A stretch of 64,000 nt of DNA from Octopus sinensis (taxonomy: Eukaryota), in assembly GCF_006345805.1 (NCBI RefSeq), contig NC_043005.1:9734001-9798000 (forward strand), given 5' to 3'. The notes beneath the pieces were generated by a model. That model ran no database searches, was not told where the DNA came from, and was given only the letters and a program-made list of their open reading frames with translations. This document shows positions 40,484 to 52,535 of the stretch, piece by piece (position 1 is the first letter of the stretch; each line of letters begins with the position of its first letter). Made by a program: the position numbers and the translations under genes.

Positions 40484-41122
40484 GTATTATTGCATATGTA
40501 TATATTATATGTTCGTTTGCGTGTGTGTATGTATGTATGACCATATATGCATATGTAGGTATGTTTATGCATATTGATGCATTTGTGAGTTGGAGAAATA
40601 GGTAGCTACGTATTTTGATAGTTAAATATGTATCTCTCTATATAAAATGTTGCTCCATGTTTTAATAGAAAACGGAAGCAAAAAGGCAATACGGATTTTG
40701 ACATAATAATCAATGGCTCTCAGGAGCAGCAGCAGCAGCAGCAGCAGTAGCAGCAGCAGCAGCAGTAGCAGCAACGTTCCAAAATGAGTGAGTTTAGAAC
40801 AAGCGACTTATTCCATTGATAAACTGCCAACAAAACATCCATAGTTACATAAATGTGTACATGAATAAGATGTATATATATATATATATATATATGCATG
40901 AGCATACACGCACGCATACGCACATATGTATGTGTGTGTGCGTACACGCGCGTTTATGAAGATGTGTGTATGAGTGTGTGTGCGTGTATATATATATATT
41001 TATATATATATATATACATACATATACACAACGTGGTTTTAAGATACATAGGCAGATATATGTGCTCTACATATAAGATACATTTAAGATACATAGACAG
41101 ATATATAGTGCTCTACATCAGA

Positions 41123-43640
41123 TAGGGCAGCAGCAGAACTGCTCTTTAATCTGATGGATGAGTATTTCCTGACTCAGCTAGTGCTTGAACCAACGAGACA
41201 GAATAAAACGATCTTGGATCTGGTACTGACCAATCACTCTAGCTACGTTCACAGCATTTCAGTCGAAAAAACTCTCCTCTCAGACCACGACATGGTACTC
41301 TGCAATCTTAATTCCCGACGTATAAAACCAAACCAGCCAATCCCACTCCATGGCACCCATTTGACAACATAAATTTCCACAAAGCGGACTGGGGAACAAT
41401 CAGAAAGGATCTGTCTTCCATCGACTGGTCTTTTACTCTCAATTCCCCTCATATTGAGACCGCGTGGCAGCACTTTGAAACCATTGTCACCGACACATGC
41501 TCTAAACATGCTCCCAAGAAATCTACTAACACAAACAGAAACCGGCTCCCTAAAAAGAAAAAAACACTCATCAGGCGCATCAAAAGACTCAATAAAAAAT
41601 CAACAATTAAAATATTCCTACACGCAACATCCACATTCAACAACAATGAAAAGACTAGAGCTGGAAAAACTTCATCTGCAGACTAACATGAAAACCTCCA
41701 TTGAAATCAAAGAGCTGTGGAGGAACAATGGGTAATCAAAAACATCAAACAGAACCCAAAAGTGTTCTATTCTTATGCAAATAAGCATAGAACCACTGTC
41801 TCACCTATTGGGCCACTGATTGATGAAAACGGCATTCCCCAACACGATGCTAAAGAAATGGCAGAAATACTGTAGAAACAATATTGCTCTGTCTTCAGTG
41901 TTCCCACTGATATTGATGTGAGGGAAACGAACGAAGCTGACTCCCAACACAAAATCGCAGACATAACCTTCACTGCCACCGACATCGTAGCAGCAATAAA
42001 TGAGGTCAAACATTACTCCGCTGTAGGCCCTGATAGATTTCCCGCCAGTCTCCTGAAGGAATGTAAACACCAACTTGCAGTCCCTCTGACCAACCTCTGG
42101 AGAAACTCGTTAGACGCAGGTTATATACCGAAAAAGTTTCTATCCCAGTCGGTCATCCCGGTTTTCAAACAGGGAAACAGATCCCTCGCAGTCAACTATC
42201 GCCCAATCTCACTCACCTCCCACATCATTAAAGTGTTTGAAAGAGTGTTAAGATCAAGGATAGCTGACTTCCTGGAGACCCACAAACTCCTAAATTCAAA
42301 TCAGCATGGCTTTCGCTGTGGCAGGGACTGTCTAACACAGCTCTTACACCACATTGAAGATGTACTCAAAGCCTTGGGAACAGGTTCGAACTCTGACGTC
42401 ATATACCTTGACTTCAGTAAAGCGTTCGACAGGGTAGACCATAACATCCTACTCTCAAAATTGGCAAATGTTGGAATCCGTGGAAAAGTTCTACACTGGA
42501 TTCAGTATTTCCTAGCGAATAGAACACAACATGTTGTAGTTGATAGAGTGCACTCAAACCCAGCAAAAGTCACCAGCGTGTTCCCCAGGGAACTGTTTTG
42601 GGTCCGCTACTCTTCATAATTTATGTAAACGACCTTTCCAGTGTCGTACATCACTGCAAAGTGAAAATATTCGCTGATGACACTAAGCTCCAGCAAATCG
42701 TCAATGAAGAAGCAGACCGAACTCAACTCCAGTCTGACCTATATGCTGTGAGTCAATGGGCAGACAGAAACAAAATGCAACTGAATGAGGGAAAATTTGA
42801 GCTGATGCATAGAAATTCCTCACTAAAACAACCATACTCTCTTCCTTCAGGGGAACCGCTCACAGCCTCTAACAATATCAGAGACCTGGGTGTAATTGTT
42901 GATGACGATCTCAGTTGGAGTGCACACATCAACAAGAAGGTCGATACAGCTCGTAGGATGAGTTCCTGGATCTTAAGAACTTTCCGGTCCAGAGAACAAG
43001 GTGTCATCATACCACTTTTTTCATCCTTTGTACGGCCACACCTTGAATACTGCTGCCCACTGTGGTCTCGTCACACAAGACAAAACATCTCCAGAATTGA
43101 GTCACCCCAGAGGGCTCTCACTAAACAAATTGAAGGCATGGCTGCTCTCGATTATTGGGATCGCCTTAAAGCCTTGAAACTTTACTCCCTCCAGCGTCGC
43201 CGTGAGCGGTACATCATTTGTACGATGTGGAAAATATACCGCCAACTTTGCCCAAACGACCTAAACATTAGCTTCAAGGTTCATCCGAGACTTGGACCAC
43301 GGGCTATACGTCCCCTGCCAAATTCAAGATCACAACATACATGTACACTGCAACATAATTTCTTTTCCTCAACAAGTCCTGCCCTATTTAACATTGTCCC
43401 GAGGGAGATCAAAGAGGAAAAGGATCCCATCAACTTCAAACAGAGTCTGGATAGATTCCTTCAAAGAATACCAGATAAGCCACCCATAATTGGATACAAC
43501 TCACCCAACAAGAACTCACTACTTGAACAAAACTTGACTTAAACAGGATTCGAATAATCCTATCAGGTGGTGCTATTAAGTTAGACATGGCCTGGACCAA
43601 TCTCTGGTCGAAACATATCTAAGTTTTATCTAAGTTTTAT
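41123..43640 (+). mobile_element. CR1/L2-like LINE, 5'-truncated, few lesions
   Basis: APE C-terminus (PTRQNKTILDLVLTN...SDH), RT (NYRPISLTS, QHGFR, IYLDFSKAFDRVDH, GVPQGTVLGP after a frameshift, FADDTKL), RPHLEYC; 3' hairpin GACCA/TGGTC and (ATCTAAGTTTT)2 tail. Confidence 0.93.
41154..43542 (+). pseudogene. LINE ORF2 (endonuclease end + reverse transcriptase), disrupted
   Basis: ORF track pieces 41154-41372, 41918-42619 and 42598-43542; in-frame TAG at about 41875; 1-bp deletion near 42577. Confidence 0.9.
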
Positions 43641-43916
43641 ATATATATATATATATAAAATATATAAATGGCACAACGAAGCACCGATATTTACTGGAAA
43701 ATAGCGAACGCAATAAATACGACACTAATGTATAGCTATACATATTGCATTACTATTTTCATATATATATATATATATACATACATATATATATATGTAT
43801 GTATGTATGTGTGTGTGTATATATATATATATATATACATATATATATACATGCGCGCGTGTGTGTGTATGTGTGTGTGTGCGTGTTATAGATTAGAAAA
43901 AACAGTGAAAGGTTGT

Positions 43917-43984
43917 CATTATAGTACTCGGTGTTTCGAATGACGGAGCGAAGTGCTACGATGCATTCTCGTCAGCTATTAATG
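43917..43984 (-). ncRNA. Canonical type I hammerhead ribozyme motif
   Basis: CAUUAAUAG-CUGACGA-GAAUG(21 nt)CAUUC-GAAAC-ACCGA-GU-A-CUAUAAUG; full core, G10.1-C11.1 pair, GUA triplet. Confidence 0.85.
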
Positions 43985-44393
43985 GCACCAGACGCTATGA
44001 AAAACCGTTGAACGCAAGGGAGGTTACTCTAATAGGTACAAAAAAGAAAAAAACGATAAAAAAATACAGGCAACCATATTCTCACAATACATAGACATAA
44101 ACCTCCTGAGTTCACAGCGTCTACACACGTACACACTCGAACAAACATATATGTATGTACACACACATACATACACACATATCCACACACACACGCATAC
44201 ATGTATATATGTGTATGTATATAAATATATGTATGTATGTATATACAGACATACATTCACACTCGCGCGTATATACAAACATATGCATATCCATATAAAT
44301 GAAGGACGTGTGTGCGTCAAAGTCACACATATGCGCCGGACACACTCTTACACTCATATACATACATATATATATTCTTTTGTAGTTATTTAC

Positions 44394-44443
<50 letters not shown>

Positions 44444-44998
44444 GAATGAGAGAGCAGTTCATGCCATCAAAGTGACACTGGGGTAAAATATACGAAGCCC
44501 AATATACCCATCATGACTACCCGTCTGATAAGGGTACACCAGGCACATGCATCACAACCATATGTGCGCGACATGGTGATCTCATATCAAGATAAACAGC
44601 ACATGACCTTGCAGGTGGGGCCCAGTTAGAATTTTCTTCAGGTTGAGTAGCCCATTCCACTCAAACGGTCCCTGAATAAGGGTTGTTTAAGGATGTTGAA
44701 CAAAACCACCCATGTTTCCAAAGGTGAATTATTCAAACCCCAAAGAATCCCTCTCAACACATGGCTATGATGCTCCCCCACTAATTCTGCTCGTGATCAG
44801 AGATGCACATATCGTCAGCCGCTAAGGGACATGCTCAACTGGTTAAGGTCAAACAACTGACAAGCAAATCTGTGGTACTGAGCAGAATATTTGCTGTAGC
44901 CCATCTTTTATACCAAGACAAAACAATGTACATGATAACACTTCCAATCAGTTAAGATCAAAAGTCATGAGAGCCACTGCCTGGTACTGCATCAGGGC

Positions 44999-45000
<2 letters not shown>
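44444..45000 (-). mobile_element. 557-bp non-coding interspersed element embedded in (ATT)n on both sides
   Basis: (ATT)n at 44394-44443 and 45001-45069; partial inverted copy at 40020-40334. Confidence 0.8.
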
Positions 45001-45070
<70 letters not shown>

Positions 45071-45344
45071 ATAAATATACATATATGTAAAGAGAGAATG
45101 AGAGAGGAAGACAGACAGACAGAGACAGGCAAATAGCTGGACAGAGTCACATAAGTGTGTATGTATGCGTATGCGTATGTGCACGTATGAGAATGTGTGT
45201 ATATGTGAATGTCTGTATCTGTGTGTGTGTGGATGAGAGAGAGAAAGAGGGAGGGAGGGAATAGCTGCAATTACAATGTCAATATCAAGATTAGGATCTT
45301 GCTCAAGACAACGACGACCACCATGTTGATGTTGATGATTATGG

Positions 45345-45359
45345 TGGTGGTGGTGATGG

Positions 45360-45418
<59 letters not shown>

Positions 45419-45440
45419 ATGTTGATGATGATGAGGATGA
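45345..45440. repeat. (GAT)n microsatellite
   Basis: Direct reading. Confidence 0.95.
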
Positions 45441-45728
45441 TAGGAATGATGAGAGTGCTATTCATGATGATAAATATCGTGACTATTGCCCACCATAGTT
45501 GTCGTCAGCAATACGAATGATGGTAGGAAAGCATCATTGAACTATATGATGTATTAAGGACCAGCACTCGTACTTTGAAGGATCACATACTTTAAAATTA
45601 GAGGGGAGACGCTCACAGAAAATGGATTGGAATATATGAAAGCACAAAAGTACTATTCTCATAGTGATAATTGCGTATTTGTTGTATTCTTGAATTGCTA
45701 ACTCGTGTCTTCCATGCTGCAATCGCTA

Positions 45729-45794
<66 letters not shown>

Positions 45795-45863
45795 GTGTGT
45801 GTGTGGTGTGTGTGTGTGTGTGTGCATATATATGTATGTATGTATGTCTGTATACATATATAT

Positions 45864-45980
45864 ATCATGATCATGTGACCGACCAGACCATCAGATGTTG
45901 CTACACATCGCTGGTCACAATGCGCTCGCATTGTTTTAGCCTTCGAATGACGCCACCCCGCTGGCTAAGCGAGCAGGCCA
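45864..45980 (-). mobile_element. SINE family D tail (5'-truncated)
   Basis: Reverse complement of 55699-55820. Confidence 0.85.
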
Positions 45981-45995
45981 ATATATATATATATA

Positions 45996-47197
45996 CGAGG
46001 GGCGTTCAATAAGTAATGCCCCTGACCCACTTGAAATTTTGCATGTGCACTTATTTATACCTCTATAGATTAAGTGAACTAATTGTGGTTTTTGATTTAC
46101 AGGTGTTTGAACTGAGTCAAGTGTGAAATGGAGCCTGTTGAGTGTCGAGCAGTGATCTGGTTTTTGTATTTGAAATGACGCACACCACGGGAAACTTTTG
46201 ATGAAATGAAAGTAACTTATGGTGATGATGACCCATCATATGACCTTGTAAAACGCTGGCATTGTGAATTCAAACATAGTCGGAACTCTGTGGAAACAGC
46301 TCCCAGATCTGGTCGCCCCCTTCTGCCGTTGATGAGACGTCTGTCCGTCAAGTTTAGGAAGGTCAACGCATAACTATTCGCCAAATAGCCCATAAGGTCA
46401 AGAAACTATCATTCATGACCATTTGCATATGCAAAAGGTGTCTGCCAGATGGATTTCCAGGTTGCTCACACCTTTCCAGAAGCAAGAACGCGTTGAGTGC
46501 TCGAGGATGAATTTGGAGATGTGCCAAGAAGATGAGTCAAAATTTTTCAAAAGACTGATCACACAGGATAAAACCTGGGTCCATCACTATGATCCATAGA
46601 CCAAAGCCCAGTCAATGCAGTGAAAGCACCGTGACTCACCTCCTCCAAAGAAGGCAAGGGTGCAGCCCTCCGCTGACAAGGTTATGCTCACAGTCTTCTG
46701 GGAACAGGACGGAGTAGTGATGACAGATTTCCTGGCAAAGGGTACCACAATTACAGGAGTCTATTATGCTTCCCTTTTGAGGAAATTAAGAGAAGCTATC
46801 AAAATCAAGAGGCGGGGCAAGATCAGCAAAGGCATCCTCCTCCTGCAGGACAACGCTCCGGTCCACAACTCGCGTGTCGCCAGATCAGAAGCACAGGCGT
46901 GCAGCTATGAACTCCTCCCCTTGCACCCTCTGATTTTCACCTCTTCCCAGCCATGAAGTTGATTTTGAAAGGAAAGCGTTTCCCAGATGATGCAGTCTTG
47001 ATTTCTGAAGTCACGTCGTGTGGTTGGAGGACCAAGCTGGGGTCTTCTACAAAAACGGTCTCCAGAGCTGTATCAAACGATGGGAGAATGCATACTCTGG
47101 GTAGTTCCTATGTAGGAAAGACTAATAACTGTGCCAAGTGTCGTTGCTCTACTGCTATGGGAAGTGGGTCAGGGGCATTACTTATTGAACGCCCCTC

Positions 47198-47198
<1 letters not shown>
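45996..47198 (+). mobile_element. Mariner DNA transposon, full length (1203 bp), 37-bp perfect TIRs, TA target
   Basis: CGAGGGGCGTTCAATAAGTAATGCCCCTGACCCACTT at 45996-46032 and its reverse complement at 47162-47198. Confidence 0.96.
46128..47125 (+). pseudogene. Mariner transposase with stops, frameshifts and an internal deletion
   Basis: MEPVECRAVI, KVSARWI, ITQDKTWVHHYDP, KVMLTVFW, LLLQDNAPVH, LAPSDFHLFP; HPPYSPD is missing. Confidence 0.92.
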
Positions 47199-47275
<77 letters not shown>

Positions 47276-47544
47276 AGAAGCCCTCGATACAAAAAAGAAG
47301 GCTTTTCAGTACGCTTAGTCGCCTAACAAAGGGATGTAGGTTCGTGACCCACGCGCACGGGAAAGCCTATTTATTTTTCTATCGAGGGCTTATATCCCCC
47401 ATTATTAGACTGATTTCCTTAGCCATTTGCACGGTAATTGCTATAAGGTTTAAGCATATAAAACAAAAATACCATTATTATCATTTACCAAGTTGTAAAA
47501 CTGGACACCGCTTAAGAAAACCATTCGCACCGAAAACACATAAA

Positions 47545-47610
<66 letters not shown>

Positions 47611-47614
47611 ATAT

Positions 47615-47692
<78 letters not shown>

Positions 47693-47694
47693 TT

Positions 47695-47843
47695 CTTTTA
47701 CTTGTTTCAATCATTTTCATGCTAGAGCACCGCTTTTGTAAGCCTAGTACTAATTTTATCGCTCTCTTTTGCCGAATCGCTAAGTTATGGGGGCCTAAAC
47801 ATACCAGCGCTGGTTGTCAAGCGATGGTGAGTGAACACACACA

Positions 47844-47887
<44 letters not shown>

Positions 47888-47900
47888 CACACACACTCAC
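47695..47900 (-). mobile_element. SINE family A, 3' half
   Basis: TCTTTTACTTGTTTCA...GCCGAATCGCTAAG...GGTTGTCAAGCGATGGTG then (CA)n. Confidence 0.8.
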
Positions 47901-47903
47901 ATT

Positions 47904-49090
47904 TATTAGGTTGTTTCACATGAAATGTGATATTTGAAAGGTAACAATAAAATCTTTCAGAAGTGTTAAAGAAATGATTTATTTAATCAAAATATAATCC
48001 ATGCTTATTTATGACGTTTACCCAACGTTTCTCTATGCCATCTATTCCATCTTTAAAACATCTTTTGTTGTGATAAACTGTCCGAATGCTTCAATTACCT
48101 CTTCTCTGTTTAAGAATGTTTTATTGCTTATGAAAAGCTCAAAATGCTTAAATAAGTGATGATCAGTAAGATAGATATCAGGAGAATAGGTAGGATGTTG
48201 CAAAATCCTATAATTTAGGCTTTGCAACTTTTAGACCGTAGCTTGAAGAGTGTAAGGACGTGCATTGTCGTGGAGTAAAATTGGGCCATCATTTCCTGGC
48301 AATATGATGTTGCTGTTACCGTTTTTCCATGTTGCAAAAATAAATAATGAATAACTCCCTTCGAAGACCACCATGAAGTGACCACTAACATTTTAGGGTG
48401 CAATGATGGGTTTGGGTAGGGCATAGGTATCTCTCCTGCTTTTAATCACTATCCTGTTCTCCTGCTGTTGTCAAAGAATATCTATTTCTCACCACAAGTA
48501 ATGGTTTGACGCATAAATGATCTTTTTCCAGTCGAGAAAGCAATAAGGAGCACACTTCGAGGCGTCTGTTTTTTTTTATATCGTTCAGTTGATGTAGAAC
48601 AAACCTAATCTGTTTTCTTGACTTTTCCAATTTTTTACAGGTGTCCAAAAACAGTTGTGCGAGATGTTTGGAGTTCTGATGAAAGTTTTCGAACCTTTGT
48701 TCTCGGATTTTGCTCAACCAAAGCATTTAATCCATCATGCTGAATAACTGATTTTGTCCTACCTCTTGGTTTATTTTCAAGGCTATCATATCCTGAAAGA
48801 GTGATTTGGAACCATCTCTGAACAGTTCTGATATCAACAAAACCATTACCAAAGGCCCGCTTGATATTCCGAAGAGCTTCAGCGGCAGAGTGACCCAGAT
48901 TTTAATCATACGAGAAAATCACTCAACATAGATTGGTTGTTGTCATTTTTATAAGGTCCATGGGAACGAATTTTGTATACCAATATTGTTGGGAAAGAAA
49001 AAAGTCAAAAGGTATATATAACGGAGTTTTTAAATGGCTGAAATAACAAGTTTATTAAAAATGCAATATTTCATGTGAAACAATCTATTA
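47904..49090 (-). mobile_element. Second mariner family, degenerate, imperfect TIRs
   Basis: TATTAGGTTGTTTCACATGAAAT vs ATTTCATGTGAAACAATCTATTA; minus-strand fragments HPTYSPD, PSLHPKMLVVTSWW..GVIHY, RRLEVCSLLLSR. Confidence 0.88.
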
Positions 49091-49094
49091 TATA

Positions 49095-49310
49095 CACACA
49101 CAGATATATATATAGTGAATCCAAACAAGAACGAGCAAGAAAAAACAAGAACGCGAGGACGTGTTACAAGTACTGTCCTAATGGACGCTCAGGAAAGGAA
49201 AGAAAAGAAGAGGACTTCACGTTTCGAGCGGAGCTCTTCATCAGAAATATATATGTCCAAAGAAGGGAAGACGGAAAAAGAAAATCGCAAACGATACACA
49301 AACGGTCACG
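49095..49310 (-). mobile_element. PLE pseudo-LTR fragment (second family)
   Basis: Shares the CGCTCAGGAAA...ACGTTTCGAGC...GCTCTTCA.CAGAAA layout with the 12.8-kb pseudo-LTR. Confidence 0.65.
49214..49248 (-). ncRNA. Minimal hammerhead motif with G at the cleavage position
   Basis: AUUU-CUGAUGA-A-GAGC UCC GCUC-GAAAC-GU-G-AAGU. Confidence 0.65.
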
Positions 49311-49314
49311 TATA

Positions 49315-49445
49315 AATATATACGACGGACACCTTTTCAAAGTCTACCAAATCCACTCACAAGGCTTTGGTCAGCCCGAGGCTATAGTAGAAGACACTTG
49401 CCCATGCTGTTGGTAAGCAAGATATTTACTACACAGCCACTCCTA
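49315..49445 (-). mobile_element. SINE family A, 5' half (deleted)
   Basis: GTCTACCAAATCCACTCACAAGGCTTTGGTCAGCCCGAGGCTATAGTAGAAGACACTTGCCC...CACAGCCACTCCT. Confidence 0.85.
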
Positions 49446-49489
49446 CATACATACATACATACATACATACATACATACATACATACATA

Positions 49490-50200
49490 CGGGAGCATTT
49501 TGTCATATTATTTTATTCACTTCGTTTCACCTTTTACACTTTTATTGCCTTCAAAGTATTCTCCATTTCAAGCAATGCATCGGTCCAGTCGCGTTTTCTA
49601 CTATTCGAAGCAGTGGTGGAACTCTTGCGAAGTGATGCTTTTTTAACGCCTCCGTCATTTTTATTTTTACCACTTCCACATCTGCAAATTTCATAGCATC
49701 AGCTTTTGTCACCAGTGATAACCTTATAGAAAGTCCAGTTCAATTTCCAACTGTTCTTTTAGTTCACGACACACAGTCGTGATTGCTTTTGATCTTCCGT
49801 GATCAAGTGCGGCACAAATTTTGCCGCAACTGTTTTCATTCGCAATTTCTCGCTCAAAATTCTTTTCCATGGGCTCTGTGACTCACCAGGAATATCAACA
49901 AGTTCATCACTTGTTTGGTGATGGCCCTCCAAGATCAGTTTGTGAATTTCATGATGCTTTTATTCGTTCGGGAGGTCGACGGTCGTCATGAGCGATGTTG
50001 GTCTTCAAGCGAGAAGTGACCATTCCCAGAATGTGGAAACCACTCGTAAACTTGTGTTTTGCTCATGGCAACGTGTTTGTAAGCTGTTTGAAGTATGACA
50101 ACTGATTCGGCCGCCATTTTCACCAACAGAAAACAGAATTTCCCGGAGGCGACCAATGGAGCAAAATTTGAAAAAAAAAAAAATAAATAACACACCTCAA
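49490..50200 (-). pseudogene. Third mariner-type transposase remnant, internally deleted
   Basis: KFCFLL...AMSKTQVYEWF (HTH) and VAAKFVPHL; ends not resolved. Confidence 0.75.
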
Positions 50201-50229
50201 ATTCCTGTTTTGTCCTACTTATCCGTCAT

Positions 50230-50730
50230 TTTGTTTAATTAATAATTTTCTTTATCAGATATCACCGCATATCTCTACATGTTAAGTTTTACTCTCTTCC
50301 CTTTTTGTATAGTAGGATGATTATTCCATCCTGGCAACTTCTAGTGATATTAATTGCCATAGACATTAGTGAAGAGTCTAATAATTCAGTTCATATATTT
50401 TCTTCTGCTTTTGCTTGATTGGTAATGTCATCTTGTCCTGGTGTTTTACCTACCTTCACCGTTTATTTTTCTGCTGCAATTCGTATGCTGTAATTTCTGA
50501 AACTCGTAATACCACTAGAGCTTCGGCGATGTCTTTCGTAACGATGTTGTTGTTATCATTGCAATATAGCTTTGGGTAGATCACCATTATTCTTTCTGTG
50601 ATCTTAATCTACATTCTGCTAGGGTTTCTTTCTCTGTTAAGGTTTTCATTTGGATTTTACCTTTGTATTCTTTTTAGGAGATTCAGATTCCTTCCATTTT
50701 CGAATTTTTTTCTATGATATTCATATGTTT
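50230..50730 (-). pseudogene. Degenerate LINE (RTE-like) RT N-terminal fragment
   Basis: Minus-strand KVGKTPGQDDIT and WNNHPTIQKGK resemble GKAPG.D.IT and W....I....KKG. Confidence 0.5.
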
Positions 50731-51134
50731 TCGTAAACACTCTGTTGTCTTCTATTTATCGTATGACGCAGTTCCACAATTTCTATTTCGTTTTAAGCTC
50801 AATTTACATTAACACTTATTGTTTTACTTTGCTGTTTCGACAGATCGAGATTTTCCGGAGAGAGGTTATAATTGTTTTTCGTTCGTATTTACAGCCAGTC
50901 AACAGATGCTTTAGTGGAGGGTTTTACAGGGGTTTGGTTTAAAGTTGTAAACGTATGTCTTATGTGCAGGTAGTGTCAACGTTAGCTGTGAAATTGGACA
51001 TGGGTACACATACACATAGATACATACACAAAAGTAAACACATAAAAATATACAAGCACACGCATAACCATATCTGTGTATATTCGCTTGCATGAGATTG
51101 AGCAAGTGTTTGAGCGTGTGTGTGTGTATAAGTT

Positions 51135-51194
<60 letters not shown>

Positions 51195-51641
51195 CGCGTG
51201 CGTGTGGAACAGCTACCGAAGTGTACAACAATTAACGAAAACTACAACGAATGTATAATGTAAAACTACTTCATTAGCCAATTTATTTTATCCAGAATTA
51301 TAACGAATTTAACCCGGGAAAATATGGAGTCGTTCACCTCATATGTAACAAAACATATGAGGTTTAACGGCATATGCATACACACACACGAGTCTGTGTA
51401 TGTGTTGGTGTCTATAACTGCATGTACACACACACATATGTATATGTTTGTGTATATGTAAATATATTTTATACGTGCATTTCGCTGTATGTATATATAT
51501 ATATATATATGTGTGTGTGTATATGTATTATGTATGTATGTATATGTATATATATGTCGAAGTGTACGTATGTTTGCCGGAGTGTATCTGTGTGTATGCG
51601 TATATATACATACATACTCACACACACACACACACACACAG

Positions 51642-51733
<92 letters not shown>

Positions 51734-51954
51734 AGGCATACACAGACACACATATGTACACACAGTAAGCAGATAGATGCAAAATAAGGTAGAAAAAAAT
51801 TGTACTCGAATACCATCCCATAAGTAGAATAATTTAATGTTTATCACAGCTGAAGAAATCTTCACAGACTATTACTCAAAGTTACACGTTACCGTTCATG
51901 AGATAATTGTGATAATACTGAATAATAAATTACATGAGTATATTATAATATAAT

Positions 51955-52535
51955 ATACTCTCCTACTTTAGGCACAATGCCCGAAATTTTGGGGGAAGGG
52001 CCCCAGTCGAGAAGATCGACCCCAGTACGCAACTCGTGCTTAATTTATCGACCCCGAAAGGATGAAAGGCAAAGTCAACCTCGGCGGAATTTGAACTCAG
52101 AAAGTAAAGACAGATGAAATACCTATTTCTTTACTACCCACAAAGGGCTAAACACAGAGGGAACAAACAAGAACAGACAAACGGATTAAGTCGATTATAT
52201 CGACCCCAGTGCGTAACTGGTACTTAATTTATCGACCCCGAAAGGATGAAAGGCAAAGTCGACTTCGGCAGAATTTGAACTCAGAACGTAGCGGCAGACG
52301 AAATACCTATTTCTTTACTACCCACAAAGGGCAAAACACAGAGGGGACGAACAAGGACAGACAAACGGATTAAGTCGATTATATCGACCCCAGGGCGTGA
52401 CTGGTACTTAATTTATTTACCCCGAAAGAATGAAAGGCAAAGTCGACCTCGGTGGATTTTGAACTCAGAACGTAACGGCAGACGAAATACGGTTACGCAA
52501 TTACGCCCGGTGTGCTAACGTTTCTGGCAGCTCAC
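51955..52535 (-). mobile_element. SINE family B: head plus three tandem units (184-bp period), last unit with the alternative tail
   Basis: ACCTATTTCTTTACTACCCAC at 52121 and 52305; head at about 52500-52535; terminal unit ends in the TTGTGCCTAAAGTAG tail type. Confidence 0.9.

Noticed and set aside
43581-43625. HHR-like fold at the CR1 3' end (UUAGA...GACCA/UGGUC-GAAAC...UCUAA)
   Set aside because: No CUGANGA core; better explained as the LINE 3' stem-loop
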